Position numbers and translations under genes: made by a program. Shown here in pieces: positions 1 through 12,640 of a stretch of DNA of 64,000 bases. Positions within the stretch are counted from its first letter, which is position 1; each line of letters starts with the position of its first letter. Origin of the DNA: Octopus vulgaris (Eukaryota); the NCBI GenBank assembly GCA_951406725.2, contig OX597814.1:21700001-21764000 (forward strand), written 5' to 3'. The notes under the pieces are model-generated. The model searched no databases. It was not told the origin of the DNA and saw only the letters and a program-made list of their open reading frames with translations.

Positions 1-249
1 TGCCTTTTCTAATACCTTAACTAGAGCCCTTTCTACTCTATTTCTAGCTCTAGCTAATTCCTTGCTGAACCTAATTAATTCAAATTTTATGGATCTTTTC
101 AGGGCATACCACCATTTAGTATTTATAATGGAGCCGGTTATGCCCTCATAACTAGTTGTCTAATCCATTTCGTGTTGGCTTCACAGTCCAAGAGCCACTT
201 GTTTAGCTTCCAGTACCTGTCTACACATGCTATCTAAATCAAGCGTACA

Positions 250-890
250 GGTCGCAAATTTGTGATCACTGTAGTTGACAATGTGGTGTTATGGACAACT
301 AACTATTTTCTTATCCTTACTTCTTACAATAATCCTGTCTATATAAGATTTGGACAACCCATCGTTTTTTGCCCATGTCCACAATGGAACGTCTGGGTGA
401 TCCTGTTTGAATGGGTCTGCCAGCTGAAAGCGACTTAGCAGACCGCTGAGACAAGAGTTTGCCCTCCTATCCGGGTTTGAGCCCATACAATCTACGCGTG
501 CATCGCAGATTGCGTTAAAGTTACCTAGCAATACTAACATGTGTGACGTTCCTAGAAAATTATCCAGGCTTCTGAAGTAGTCTGACGGTCCAGTTTTACA
601 GGGAGCATAAACAACCACCAGCCTGAACACTTTACCATTGCTGTGTGTCACGTCCAAGACAACCAACCTACCTTCCGGATCTACAATGACTTCTTATCTC
701 TAAATCCAGATTTTTCCTGAGTAGAACTATAACTCCTCCGCAAATAACTTTTTATTTCGTTGTAATCCATATTGTCTATTGTGTAAAATTCGACATGGGG
801 AGGGACCAATACATGTTATATATTTTTGCGGATATAATCTGTTGTATTCTTGTCTTTAATAAGGCGCGTGTGTGTTTATTGCAGTTATGT
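250..890 (-). pseudogene. Apurinic-like endonuclease (APE) domain of LINE ORF2, disrupted
   Basis: Motifs VVYAP, LGNFN(GDFN), WTW...SYIDRI, then SDH just past a stop; ITAINT-like start near 890. Confidence 0.8.
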
Positions 891-924
891 TCTTGCATCT
901 TTTCTTTGGTGATTGGTAGGGAGT

Positions 925-1115
925 GTGTGTGTTTGTAGGTGTGTGGTTGCGTGTGTGTTTGTGGGTGCGTATGTGTTTGTAGGCACATGTGTGTTTGTGG
1001 TTGCGTGTATGTTTGTAGATGCGTGTGCGTTTGTGGGTGTGTGTGTGTTTGCAGGTGTGTGTGTACTTGTGGTTGCGTGTGTGTTTGTAGGTGCGTTTGT
1101 GTTTGTATGTGTGGG
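925..1115 (-). repeat. 18-bp minisatellite in LINE ORF1 C-terminal region
   Basis: Unit about GTGTGTGTTTGTAGGTGC; reverse strand reads (A/T)PTNTH-like repeats. Confidence 0.6.
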
Positions 1116-2206
1116 TGTATGCTTGCGAATGTCTCTGTGGGTGCGTTTGTATTTCTGAGTTCGTGTGAGCTTGTGGTTGGTGTATCTGATGAGGGAAGGG
1201 GTCTTTTCTCTTCTTTCTTCTTTTATGAGGGCCTACAGTGACCTACTTTTGGTTTTCTGTCTCCTCCCGCTGTGCTGGCTGTTCCTCGACTGGTGGGGAC
1301 GCCACGTTTCTCTCTCTGGTGGTGTATTTGTTCTTTCTTCTGTCTTTCTGTTTACATTTTGCGTGAATGTAGCCCTTTTCGCCACATTTGTAACATCGGA
1401 CATGAATTTTCAAACATAGTAACAATAACAACACTTTTCAACAATGGTCTTACCGAAGCAAAAAAATACACGTCTGAAACAGCAAAAGCCGGTTTCAAAC
1501 TCTGGTAATATAGACAAAACTGAGCTGGTCTACACTGCTTAGGGTAAACAATTAAACAATTCTTTCCTTTGTTTTGCTTTTCTTCTTTTTCTTGTTTTTA
1601 TTCATATTTATATTTTGTTTTGTTTTGTTTTCTTGCCTTTGTTCTTCTTTTACTTGTGAGAACCGGTTGTTATTTTTTCACGACAGGTATTTTTGTCATA
1701 AACATTTTCGCTATAGGAAACTTATTTGCTGTATTTATTTTTGTCCTAAACATTTTTGCTATAGGAATTCCCATCACGTATCTTTACAGTAATATTTTTA
1801 AAAGCAACAAAGCTACTTTGTTTTATCTTACTGTTTAATTCGTAGTTTATTTGTTTCAGACAAAGTACCTTGCTTGTCAAAGTATAAAAGAAAACAATAA
1901 CAGCGTAAGTTACCCGATAACTTGTTTTAATTCTTCAGTAAGTTCACAATCTTTTCGTGGGAGGGGATTTATACTAATGAGTTTATTTTTTCTCCTTCTA
2001 CTTAGACAAACAAAATAATTAGTTTCTAGGAAAAAAATACGAATCAAACTAATTTCGTACAAGATAGTTTTTCTAAAATCTGAATGAAATTGACAGGAGT
2101 CAGATTCATTCAGATATTATGAAATGTATATGAGAGTTTATATGCAACGGTGTATGCATGAATATTTGTCTATTTATGTGTATGCAATCGTGTATGGATA
2201 TTGTTA

Positions 2207-2642
2207 GGATCTTTTCGGTTTGAACGGCAGTTTTTTCTAGCAGTGTCATATGAAATTGTAACCCATAATTATGACCCTAGTATCGATCTATTGCATTTCA
2301 ATCTGTTTTAGGGTTAGTTAGGGTTAGGGTTAGGGTTTGGGGTGGGGGGAAGGGTATCTTTTCTTCTTCAGAAATGTAAAAAAAAAAACAATCTGTTTCT
2401 TAAACGAGGGACATATTCATACGGCACAGAATGTTTTCACCTCAATAGACGTCATTGATTGGTTGAAATTGCAGAAATTGAAGAAAAATAAACAACAAAT
2501 ATCTTACAAACTATAGAATTTTCTCAATAAATCCAAGAGAAAAAGATGTTTTATAAACACATTCTACCAGTATACGAAGTTTAAAAGTGTTTAGTTACGT
2601 GGAAATTATTTTTAAAAACTGCCGTTCAAACCGAAAAGATCC
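2207..2642. mobile_element. MITE with ~28-bp TIRs and TA target duplication, internal TTAGGG tract
   Basis: TA|GGATCTTTTCGGTTTGAACGGCAGTTTT ... AAAACTGCCGTTCAAACCGAAAAGATCC|TA. Confidence 0.9.
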
Positions 2643-2765
2643 TATGGTTGTGGTTTTGCACATATGTTCGTACCCCAGCTTCTGCCACTTAGCATCCGAC
2701 CCATAATATTTTAATCTACATCTATTTTCATAATGTGCTACAAGTCTTTGGTGTAGCAATTGCAT

Positions 2766-2857
2766 GCGGCTAAAGAGGGCTTTAAACTATCTGTTATGTC
2801 CATTATACATTGATGTAAGAATAAGTTGTTTTATAAAGCTCGAAACATGTGTACCAC
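2766..2857 (+). ncRNA. Degenerate type I hammerhead ribozyme (Penelope-type)
   Basis: gcgg-CTAAAGA-gggcttta..taaagctc-GAAAC-atgt-GTA-ccac; core CUGA mutated to CUAA. Confidence 0.55.
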
Positions 2858-4016
2858 GACATCCTTTGTGTTCTGTTTTTTTTATTTCATTTGATACATA
2901 TATCTATTTTTGTAACTTTATATGTGAATCTTCGATGTATTTCTCCAAATCACCTTCCTGGCTACATCCATCCTAGATGTATATCTATATGTATACTGCT
3001 TTAGGGTATTTTTACTTCCTTCATGTCCACTTCCATCGGCTACTTCAATCTGTCATCATAGCCGTATCTCTATATGAAGTTATTTGATGTATTGTAGGTG
3101 TCTACCTTCCTCGCTTTTTTCATTCATCTCACTTCCTTAGCTTCTCATTTTCTTGATTAGTTATGCCTTACAGTACCGAATCAATCTTTTTCTCAGTTTT
3201 TTGCCTCGCTTCTTTCATTTTCCCATGAAGAGTAGGGGCAAAGAAAAAATTATAATTTACATTCAATGATTTGATTTTACCGACGCAGTTTTCAAATAAT
3301 CAAAAAAAAAAACATTTGCAGACTGTCATAATAAGAAACAATTTATGGTAAAATGTCAAACTTTTTTAAACGAAACTAATTAAACGAATGGAAGCACTGA
3401 TTTTTCTGTTTCATTATTACGAAAGTTAATTTAGTTAAAATTTCAGCGATATTGGAGATTAACGTACCAAACTGAATACGAAATGTGTTCATAATAGAAT
3501 ACTTTCGTTCTTTAAATACGTTAATTAATATTCAATACATAACTTCCTTAAATATAAATATATATAGTTATCATCATACGAATTTGACGATTATATTATG
3601 AACCAATGTAGAAAATTTGTAAATCCTGGTAACTTTCATACGCTACAAGGTATTGAGTTCTTTTGTATTATACCAATAAAAAACTTGAATCGGATGAATG
3701 CTACATCAAAAGAGTTATTTGATAGTTACTTGAAAGAATTTAAGTGTGGTGGTACAGTAACACATAAGCATGATGGTAGCAGAGTATTTGAAAGCGTCCA
3801 TATTATCATACATAAACAATATATCCTATAATTATTTACTTTTATCATTGATTTCCTGATCTTAAAATAAAGCATAATACATACCTCATTTTACAATATA
3901 AAGCTAATTTGTCCTTTATATCCATCGATTTTCTGTTTTACGCATAGACAATTTTAAAACTTAATTTCAAATATATTCATCGCAATAAGACAACGGACAC
4001 AGTAAATATGCTTATG

Positions 4017-4228
4017 CAGGGTGTTCATAAATTCATCACAGCTTCCACAATTTATTATACTGTGTCATCTAGATGTGTTGCGTGCAACCAATAGAGCCCA
4101 CATGCAAGTGTTCTGATGTTTCTAATAAAATTTTATTTCCCAATAAACTCTGCTGAATTATTCGTATTTTTTACTTTTTTTTTGTTTTCTGAATTTTTCG
4201 AATTTAAAGGTAATTTATGGACACCTTG
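4017..4228. mobile_element. Tc1/mariner-type MITE (~212 bp)
   Basis: CAGGGTGTTCATAAATT ... AATTTATGGACACCTTG|TA inverted termini. Confidence 0.75.
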
Positions 4229-6130
4229 TATTTAATGAACATATACCAAAAATATTCAGACTCCAAACGTATTAGATAATGAAAGCGGTTCGCCATTAAT
4301 TCAGTACGCTTACATACATTATCGATATTTTTAAGGGCTTGCCGATATTTTACCATCGAATTCATATTCTTTGATACAGAGCCGATGGCTTACATTTTGA
4401 CAACTCAACGAACCACATCGTAAAATAGTGACTGCTACTATTGAGTGAGAATGATTTATAGATCCATGTGATTATTAGTTGTGAAGCTATGGACCCACAT
4501 GTAGGATTAATATATACAAATATCTCTGGTGTGTAATCTTCATCAAAAAGTGAAGCCTCTTCTTCAAAAGCTGAAGGGGTGTTATGAATATTAGATTCAT
4601 GTATTAACATGTTTCTTAGATTTTTAAGGTCTTAGATATGAACATGTATATTACAGTATTCCAGGGAAGAATATGCATATTTATAGCTAAAGTAAGAGAC
4701 TATAATGTCTTAACAATGTCACTTCGCTCATCCCTAATGAAACTCTGTGATCCCCGAGCAGGCATCCTAGCTACAACCTTATCCTATATGTAGTTACCAA
4801 AACTCATTTCCATCACTGACGAGAATATTTCAGATTAAAACTATGCATGCTATAACAATTTAATTTGTTATTCAAACCCAGTATATCTATATCAATCAAT
4901 GGGTCTTTTTTAAAGTCGGTAAAGTGCGGCTTAAGGGAGACTTAGCTCATTGAAAAACCAGATAGAAACTTCGTTTCTGTGATAGCTGTCTTCATTATGT
5001 ATTGATGGCATCCATTGCAACAATTTCATCATGGTTTTGTTCTTATAATTACCCTTTTATGATGCATTCTTAATACTTCTGAGTGTTTATCATAAAATAT
5101 ATATCCACTTGCATATATTAACCAGGTCTCACATCCATAATTAGAGAGTGTTACTAGTGTAAGTAAATCTTCATTTTCAAGTTGATGAGCAATACTGGAC
5201 TTCTCAATCAGTTAATCTGTGTAATGTTTATAACAATAAAACTTTAATAGACAAAACGATATTGCCTATGTAAACACGCTCGAGGAGATATCCATGTAAA
5301 ACTACAGCAGCACCTACATACAACACGAGCAGCAACAGTTAAGCGAAAAAGCACAAAAATGCAGAAACATAATTAAAAAAAAGGATTTTTTTATCTTGGG
5401 TTGTTTATAAAATATGAGGAAAAACATTTTGCTTTTGGAAGATATTCAATTAATATAAAAATACCTACGGTGTTTGTGTTCAATTTCTTCAGAGAATTTT
5501 TTTTATATATTTTTCTTTAATGTTATCAAATAAATCATCTATCATAGTACTTGCTATTATTACGAGAGAAATTTAGAGCCAGAAAATGTGCTATTTGAAG
5601 ATCAATCGTGACTTGGTTCTGTCAGCATTTGTAATATCGACTTCAAGTTTCTTGAGCTAAAATCAACAGTACTTTTGTATTTAGATAAACACTCGCTTGC
5701 ATAGGTTTGGTGTAAACTCAGAAAAAGAGAAATTTATGGATGTTGCTAAGCTGAGCAATTTATAAATTAACTCGAAATGATGAATGTTTGTTGTAAATGG
5801 CAAGGGTCTCTATTTCATATAATAAAATTTAAGAAGCTTATTGAGAGAGTAGATCACTAATTTAATTGTATTGATTTGTTTAGCTTTTGTCCCTCTCGTT
5901 CAAATTAAAAATCTTCCTTAGGATTTCGTTTTATTCTTCATCCTTCCACAATCGATAAAGGTTATGTCTAAAACGATTCACTCGACTCATTCACACAGAA
6001 ATTGGCATTGAGCTTTAGAAAATAACTCAATTTTAAAAAAAGAATCTGATACGTGCTGAATTGTATGAGAGAATAGTAAGTGAGCTTAGATTGTTGCAAG
6101 CCGTTTTGGATTACCGTTCGAAGAAATATT

Positions 6131-6899
6131 GTTTTCTACTATAGGCACAAGGCCTGAAATTTGAGGGAGGGAGATAGTCGATTTCATCGACCTCAGTGCG
6201 TAACTGGTACTTATGTTATCGACCCCGAAAGGATGAAAGGCAAAGTCGACCGCGGCGGAATTTGAACTCAGAACATAGCGACGGCGAAATGCCTATTTCT
6301 ATTTCTTTACTACCCACAAGGGACTAAACACAGAGAGGACAAATAAGGACAGACAAACGGATTAAGTCGATTATATCGACTCCAGTGCGTAAATGGTACT
6401 TATTTAATCGACCCTGAAAGGATGAAAGGCAAAGTCGACCTCGGCGGAATTTGAACTCACAACGTACCGGTAGACGAAATACCTATTTCTTTACTGCCTA
6501 CAAGGGGCTAAATATAGAGTAGACAAACAAGGACAGACAAACGGATTAAGTCGACTACATCGACCCCAGTGTGTAACTGGTACTTAATTTATCGACCCCG
6601 AAAGGATGAAAGGCAAAGTCAACCTCGGCGGAATTTGAACTTAGAACGTAACGGCAGACGAAATACCTATTTCGTTACTACCCACAAGGGGCTAACACAA
6701 AGAGGACAAACAAAGACAGACAAACGGATTAACTCGATTATATCGACCCCAGTGCGTAACTGGTACTTATTTAATCGACTCCGAAAGGAAGAAAGGCAAA
6801 GTCGACCTCGGCGGAATTTGAACTCAGAACGTAGCGGCAGCCGAAATACTGCTAAGCATTTCGCCCGGCGTGCTAACGATTCTGCCAGTTCGCCGCCTT
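6131..6899 (-). mobile_element. tRNA-derived SINE family A (Meta-domain-like), four-unit concatemer
   Basis: One head (GGCGGCGAACTGGCAGAATCGTTAGC), four ~185-bp units with B-box GAGTTCAAATTCC and GTCGACTTTGCCTTTCATCCTTTCGGGGTCGAT core; flanking direct repeat AAGAAATATT at 6121 and 6900. Confidence 0.9.
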
Positions 6900-7893
6900 A
6901 AGAAATATTCCTTCACCTACCCACACCACAAATGGAGGCCTCTTTACAGTGGTTCTACCTCCTTGAAATAGCAGCTAAATCTCCTTCAAATGATATCCTG
7001 CTATCTTTAAAATAGACATTGAAGACTGCAATCCTGTATGCAATATATCTACTAAAAAGACAGAGTATTTATGGTAGAAGGTCTTTTATCATACTTTTTC
7101 TCGGTCAGGGTTGGTCTGGGAATTAAACAACAACAACCACTAATGCTCTTTAGAAAAACATGACCACCATAACCTCACTTTTCACTTTCTCTCTCACTTT
7201 AGGCTTTATACTTAGTCAAAAGAAATCAATACTTCAGAATAGAACCAACTAATTTGAATTGAATTTCGTCTTAATATAGGTTGTAGCTAATGTTTGGTGT
7301 GGAAGAGACATATCGGCGGGAATGTCATTTCAATTTTATTTCGGCTAGCTTTGTACAGAGACAATAATCAGATTGGCGAATATTAAAGAGAACATGATAT
7401 GGATGTGTAGTTGTGTGCGTACAAGTGCGATTTATATAAACGTATTTGTGTGTTTGAGTATGTGTGTGTGTACGTGTGTGCGTGTTTATGTGCTTGAAAT
7501 AATTTCCACATGATCATTTGTTGAGTTGAACGACAAAGATGGGTCATGTACTATTATGAAGAATAATTGCAAGCAAGTAATTTATGAGCATGCCATATGA
7601 TTAGTTTGTATGATTTAAAAGCTAAAATGGGAGTATCAGCTGAAGAATCGATTATTCACGCTGATATAATTTTGAGTGCAAAACGCAAAATAATAGGGTC
7701 TTCCTATCTACATAGATAGATATACGATTGATTTCTTTCCGACAGCGAATTTTCGTATCTTTCACAACAATTTTAAGTTGGGTTGAACTTAAACTACTTT
7801 GGGAGGATATGAACATCACAACTAGTTTAAGAGAGTTGAGACCACTTACCATATGTTCTACGATGCCCATCATATGGTAAGAGATTGACAGAG

Positions 7894-8302
7894 GAAGGCG
7901 GCCACGCCGGACGAAATGCTTACCGGTATTTCGTCTGCCGCTACGTTCTGAGTTCAAATTCCGCGGAGGTCGACTTTGCTCTCATCCTTTCGGGGTCGAT
8001 TAAATAAGTACTAGTTACGCACTGATGTCGATATAATCGAATTAATCCGTTTGTCTGTCCTTGTTTGTCCTCTCTGTGTTTAGCCCCTGTGGGTAGTAAA
8101 GAAATAGGTATTTTGTCTGCTGTTAAGTTCTGAGTTCAAATTCCGCCGGAGTCGACTTTGCCATTCATCCTTTCGGGGTCGATAAATTAAGTACCAGTTA
8201 CGCACTGGGGTCGATGTAATCGATTTAATCCCTTTTTCTGTCCTTGTTTGTCTCCTCTATGTTTAGCTTCTTGTTGGCAATAAAGAAATAAGAAATAAGA
8301 AA
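7894..8302 (+). mobile_element. SINE family A dimer
   Basis: Two units, (AGAAATA)n tail, 16-bp TSD TAAGAGATTGACAGAG at 7878-7893 and 8303-8318. Confidence 0.9.
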
Positions 8303-8579
8303 TAAGAGATTGACAGAGTTCAGCAATATATAGTAAGAGGTAGGCATGCAGCAAACGAATTAGGTAGAAGTTACTCTCGGTCATTTAACATGTTCAGTGA
8401 AGTATGAGACATTTTAGCACAGCAGTTTTGGCACCGCTGATTTGGTGTCGCTGATTCGACACTGATTTCTTTTACATCAAACATTTTAATCCTTTAAGAC
8501 TAGAGTAGCCCTGTGGTCAGTCAGTCCAAAAGTTCCTTCGTGTTTGTGTTTCGGGCAAGTCCACCATCCTTCACCGGCT

Positions 8580-8735
8580 TGCCATGCCTGTCATTTTTGC
8601 TACCTGAGTGGACTACAGCAATGTGAAATGAAGTGTCTTACGCAAGACCACAACAAATTGCCAGGTCCAGGAATCGAAACCACTATCTTACGATCATAAG
8701 TCCATCACCTCTAGTTACTAAACGATGCGCCTTCA
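8580..8735 (-). mobile_element. SINE family E fragment
   Basis: Reverse similarity to the copy at 46186-46435 (tRNA-like head, ...CACTTCATTTCAC...). Confidence 0.6.
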
Positions 8736-9313
8736 CGGACGTTTTAATGTTCCGTTTTAATGTTTCTCCGGTTCAAATTTTCTTTTGTTCTCCTCATGTC
8801 TCCTTCCTTTTCTCCCTCCCTCTCTCTCCTTCTCCCTCTCTTCCTCTCTTTCTCAATTTGTGTGTGTGATCATCTAGGTATATTTACATTTATATGTAAT
8901 GTCTCTTTCTTACCTCTGTCTGTCTCTTTTACCCTCTCTGTATGTGTATTTCTGCGTGGTGTGAGTGTGCTGTGTGATGTGTGCGTGTATTTTTTTGTCT
9001 CCATTGCCAAAAACTTCTGTTGCCAAAACAGTTGAATGTCCAGTCAGCCATGACAATTCGTCAGCGTCTGAACAGCAGCGCCCAGCTTTCTCATTCCACT
9101 GTGGGAGGCGATGAAACTTTCCCATAATGTCGGTTGATGTTGAAGAAATAATTCCTCTGATGGGCTTTGTTCTCCGTGTTCCTGAAAAATATATAATAAA
9201 ATAATTAATTATCTCATAACTAGTATTCAATATATGTACTTTTCTGTAATTATTTATATATTGATTTCAAATTTTGGCAAAAGGACAGCAATTTCGGGTA
9301 AGGTGGTAAAACC

Positions 9314-10235
9314 GTGGCTACTCCTCAAGAAAAGGAACAATGTGTATCGTGGTTTACTGAAACAAAATTGGGCGCGCAAACCCAGCGAAACTACAGGATT
9401 AAATATGGAAGACATCCACGTCCGTCAATTTGTGCAGTGCACAAGAAATGTATAGGAACAAGAACAGTGTTGGATAAATGGAGGAGTGGACAACCAAAAT
9501 TATCTGCAGAACACATTGATCGTGTAAGACAAGCCTTTACTAGTTCTCCTACAAAGTCCACACGTTTACTGCCAAACAATAACAGCTACCACGTTCTACA
9601 GTGCACAGAGTCCTACACAAGGACTTGCGATTGTACGCTTAGAAGATGAATTTTTTACAGGCACTCGAACCAAATGATAAACCAAAATGAAATGAGTTTG
9701 CAGTTAGCATGTTGGAACGAATTTCTGAGGGTGCACCCTTCCTCAACCGAGTTTGTCTTAGTGATGAGGCAACCTTTCATGTTTCAGGGAAACTGAACAA
9801 ACGTGTGAAGATTTGGGGATCAGAACACCCCCATGTGACTATGGAACTTTACCGAGATAGAGCTAAGGTGAATGTCTGACGTGGGGTTGAATCACTGGTG
9901 CAATCGAATGATTGGTCCATTTTTCTTCACAGAGAGATCAATTGCTACAAATATTTACATTGACATTTTGATTTGATATGTGGCACCACAACTGGATGAC
10001 CTTTAACCTACCATCATTTTCCATCAAGACGGTGCACCACCACATTGGGGACTGCATGTTCGTTGGTTCTTAAATTAAACATTTCCAGACCAGTGGATTC
10101 GGAGAAATGGTCCAATTCCCTGGCAAAAAACTTCAATGACTCCTCCTCATTTTGTAATAATTTCCACAGGCTTATCTATTTATTTGCTTTTGTAATAATT
10201 TTTTGAAATTGCAAAGAGACTTTATGGACTCACTA
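9314..10235 (+). pseudogene. Tc1/mariner-superfamily transposase pseudogene (rosa/DD41D-like) with right TIR
   Basis: MATPQEKEQCVSWF...; CLSDEATFHVSG, IGPFFF, FHQDGAPPHW motifs with stops; terminal ACTTTATGGACTCACTATA. Confidence 0.8.
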
Positions 10236-10744
10236 TATTGCTTACACACAAGTGCTAATAACCACAGTCACTTGCTTAACTTTTCGGTGAACTGAGGTCA
10301 GCGCTTGGTATCTGTCCACGGTTCATCAACAGTATTGACTCTTTTGGAGGTAGGTAATACCTGCCTGTTGGAGCATAACAGCAGGTATTTAAAGGGAAAA
10401 AATTTGACAAGTCAGTCAGTCGCCTGCTGACACTCGTTGACGCTATATCGAAGAGGCCAGGGAACAGAAGAAAGAAGAAAGAAGACATGCACCCTAGACC
10501 AGAGCTGAAGACACCTCCCAAAGGGTGGGGGTGGGGGCCTGCGACGTCAAAACGGTGGAGAAGTAGGGGCCGAAACCGGACGTGGTTCCTCCTGATGATG
10601 TCTTGAGCAAACTGGATCCTATAAAGGAGCTGTTATGGTAGCAGACCACGAAACACGGTTGAAATTCCTCGCTTACAATCGTATCCGTTGGTATTTATTT
10701 CATAGAAGGAAGGATAAAATGCAAAGCCGACTCAGTGATTTGAA

Positions 10745-10781
<37 letters not shown>

Positions 10782-11077
10782 TCTCTCTTTCTCTGGGATA
10801 TAGGTAGTTTTTATTTATTTATTTATTTATTTATTTATCATTCCTTCATTTGCAGAACGATGATTTTGTTAACACTAGATCGTTTAATTGACACCCCACC
10901 AAGTTATATAACCTCAGGTGGGCAGTGCTTTCTGCGGGATATTTGTTCTTCCCAAAAGTGTCGTCTTCAGCAATGTCCTAATGCTGGGAGAGATTCCAAT
11001 TGCGTCGAAGTGTTTCTGACGGCTTTCGTCACCGACCCAAGTAATCCAACGAAAAGTAGTACCACACGCTTTTTAAC

Positions 11078-11121
<44 letters not shown>

Positions 11122-11144
11122 TGATAATGATAATAATAATAATG

Positions 11145-11224
<80 letters not shown>

Positions 11225-11305
11225 AATGACAATAATAATCCTCCTCCTCCTCATCATCATCATTATTATTATTGTTGTTGTTGTTATTATTATTATCATT
11301 ATTAT
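11078..11305. repeat. (TAA)n/(TAT)n microsatellite
   Basis: Direct inspection. Confidence 0.95.
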
Positions 11306-11515
11306 AAGGCAGCAAAATGGCAGAATCGTTAGCACATCGGGCGAAATGCTTAGCAGCATTTTGTCTGCCACTGCGTTCTGAGTTCAAATTCCGGCGAGGT
11401 CAACTTTGCCTTTCATCCTTTCGGGGTCGATAAATTAAGTACCAATGAAACACTGGGGTCGATGTAATCGACTTAAGCCCCTCCCTCAAGCTGCCCTTGT
11501 GGCAAAAATTTGAAA
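11306..11515 (+). mobile_element. SINE family A monomer (alternative tail)
   Basis: Head TGGCAGAATCGTTAGC, B-box, Meta-like core; a second, older copy follows at about 11616-11822. Confidence 0.85.
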
Positions 11516-11540
11516 TCATTATGATTATTATTATTATTAT

Positions 11541-11615
<75 letters not shown>

Positions 11616-11846
11616 AGCGGTGCGCTGGCAGAATCGTTAGCGCGCAGGTAAAATAGTTAGCGGCATTTCGTCCATCTTTACATTCTGATTTCAAATGCCG
11701 TCGATGTCGACTTTACATTTCCTTCGTTTGGGGTCGACAAAATAAGTACCAGTTAAGCACTGGGATGCATGTAATCGACTTTGCCCCCTGCTCCGAAGAT
11801 GCAAGCCTTGTGTTAAAATTTGAAATCATCATCATCATCATCTTCA

Positions 11847-11905
<59 letters not shown>

Positions 11906-11908
<3 letters not shown>

Positions 11909-12198
11909 TAGTTTTATTTTTATAGCGTGCTTTCACTTCACTACCGAGCACAGCTCTGTGTGCCTTGGGTATGTGCTGTGATTTGTTGTGATGCTCTGAT
12001 GGTTATTGTATGGAAAGTGTTCTGCGTAGGATGTGTGCAGTGCTTAGTAGTGCAATTTTCTGTATGTTATATGTGTTTGTAAGTCCTGGTGTTTTTGTTA
12101 TGTATTTGTCTGAATATTTTTTTATCATGCCTAATGCACCTACTATGATAGGAATTGTTTCTGTTTTCAGATTCCACATTCTAGTTACCTCTATTTCC
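11906..12198 (-). mobile_element. 3' fragment of R4/Dong-like RLE LINE within (TAA)n
   Basis: Reverse translation EIEVTRMWNLKTETIPIIVGALGMIKK...IQKIALLSTAHILRRTLS, homologous to the end of the 17101-18402 ORF; flanked by TAT repeats on both sides. Confidence 0.85.
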
Positions 12199-12479
12199 TA
12201 TTATTATTATTATTATTATTATTATCAATATTATAAATGTTTTGTCTTCGCTTTAATTTATACAAGCTGTACCAAGGTCTCATCCAAAAACGTCAAGAGA
12301 TAACAGCGTATTGTGTCTAAAGATTCTAACAGGTAGGAAGCCGTGCAAAAAAGAACATGATATCGGTGTAGAAAACATAAAAAGAATAAAGAAAAACGCT
12401 GAATGAATAAGTCTACATTTACATGGAATGGAATCTATGTAAAATATATGAGATACTCATACGTATCACCTTTTGCAAT

Positions 12480-12640
12480 TCACTTACTACGGGGCTGCTA
12501 AAAGTTTGGTTTACATATTTGTTTGCTCCTCTTGTTAACATTCCAAGTGCCCCCATAACAATAGGTCATGTTTTTGACTTGAGATGCCACATTCTTCTCA
12601 TCTCAATCTTTGTATTTTGCTTAATTTCCCGAACGTTTTC
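12480..12640 (-). mobile_element. Older R4/Dong-like fragment
   Basis: Reverse translation KIEMRRMWHLKSKT*PIVMGALG. Confidence 0.55.

Larger units (their letters stand above)
1..2030 (-). mobile_element. Degenerate Tx1/L1-clade non-LTR retrotransposon (ORF1 with zinc knuckle, start of ORF2), runs off window start
   Basis: Minus-strand CCHC-like knuckle RCYKCGEKGYIHAKC (1243-1434 ORF) followed by an APE endonuclease domain; stops and frameshifts present; 5' boundary approximate. Confidence 0.75.

Noticed and set aside
2308-2340. True telomere or chromosome fusion site
   Set aside because: Only about four units, enclosed within MITE TIRs
8408-9041. MITE with imperfect TTTTGGCA-rich inverted ends
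   Set aside because: Inverted similarity is too loose and no TSD was found
10585-10670. Hammerhead-like CTGATGA...GAAAC
   Set aside because: Stems I and II pair poorly; similar weak cases at 24130-24165 and 38600-38640 (minus) could not be supported
10635-11387. 248-aa ORF with poly-Ile, and similar poly-YI, HT, CV, SIYL ORFs elsewhere
   Set aside because: Translations of microsatellites
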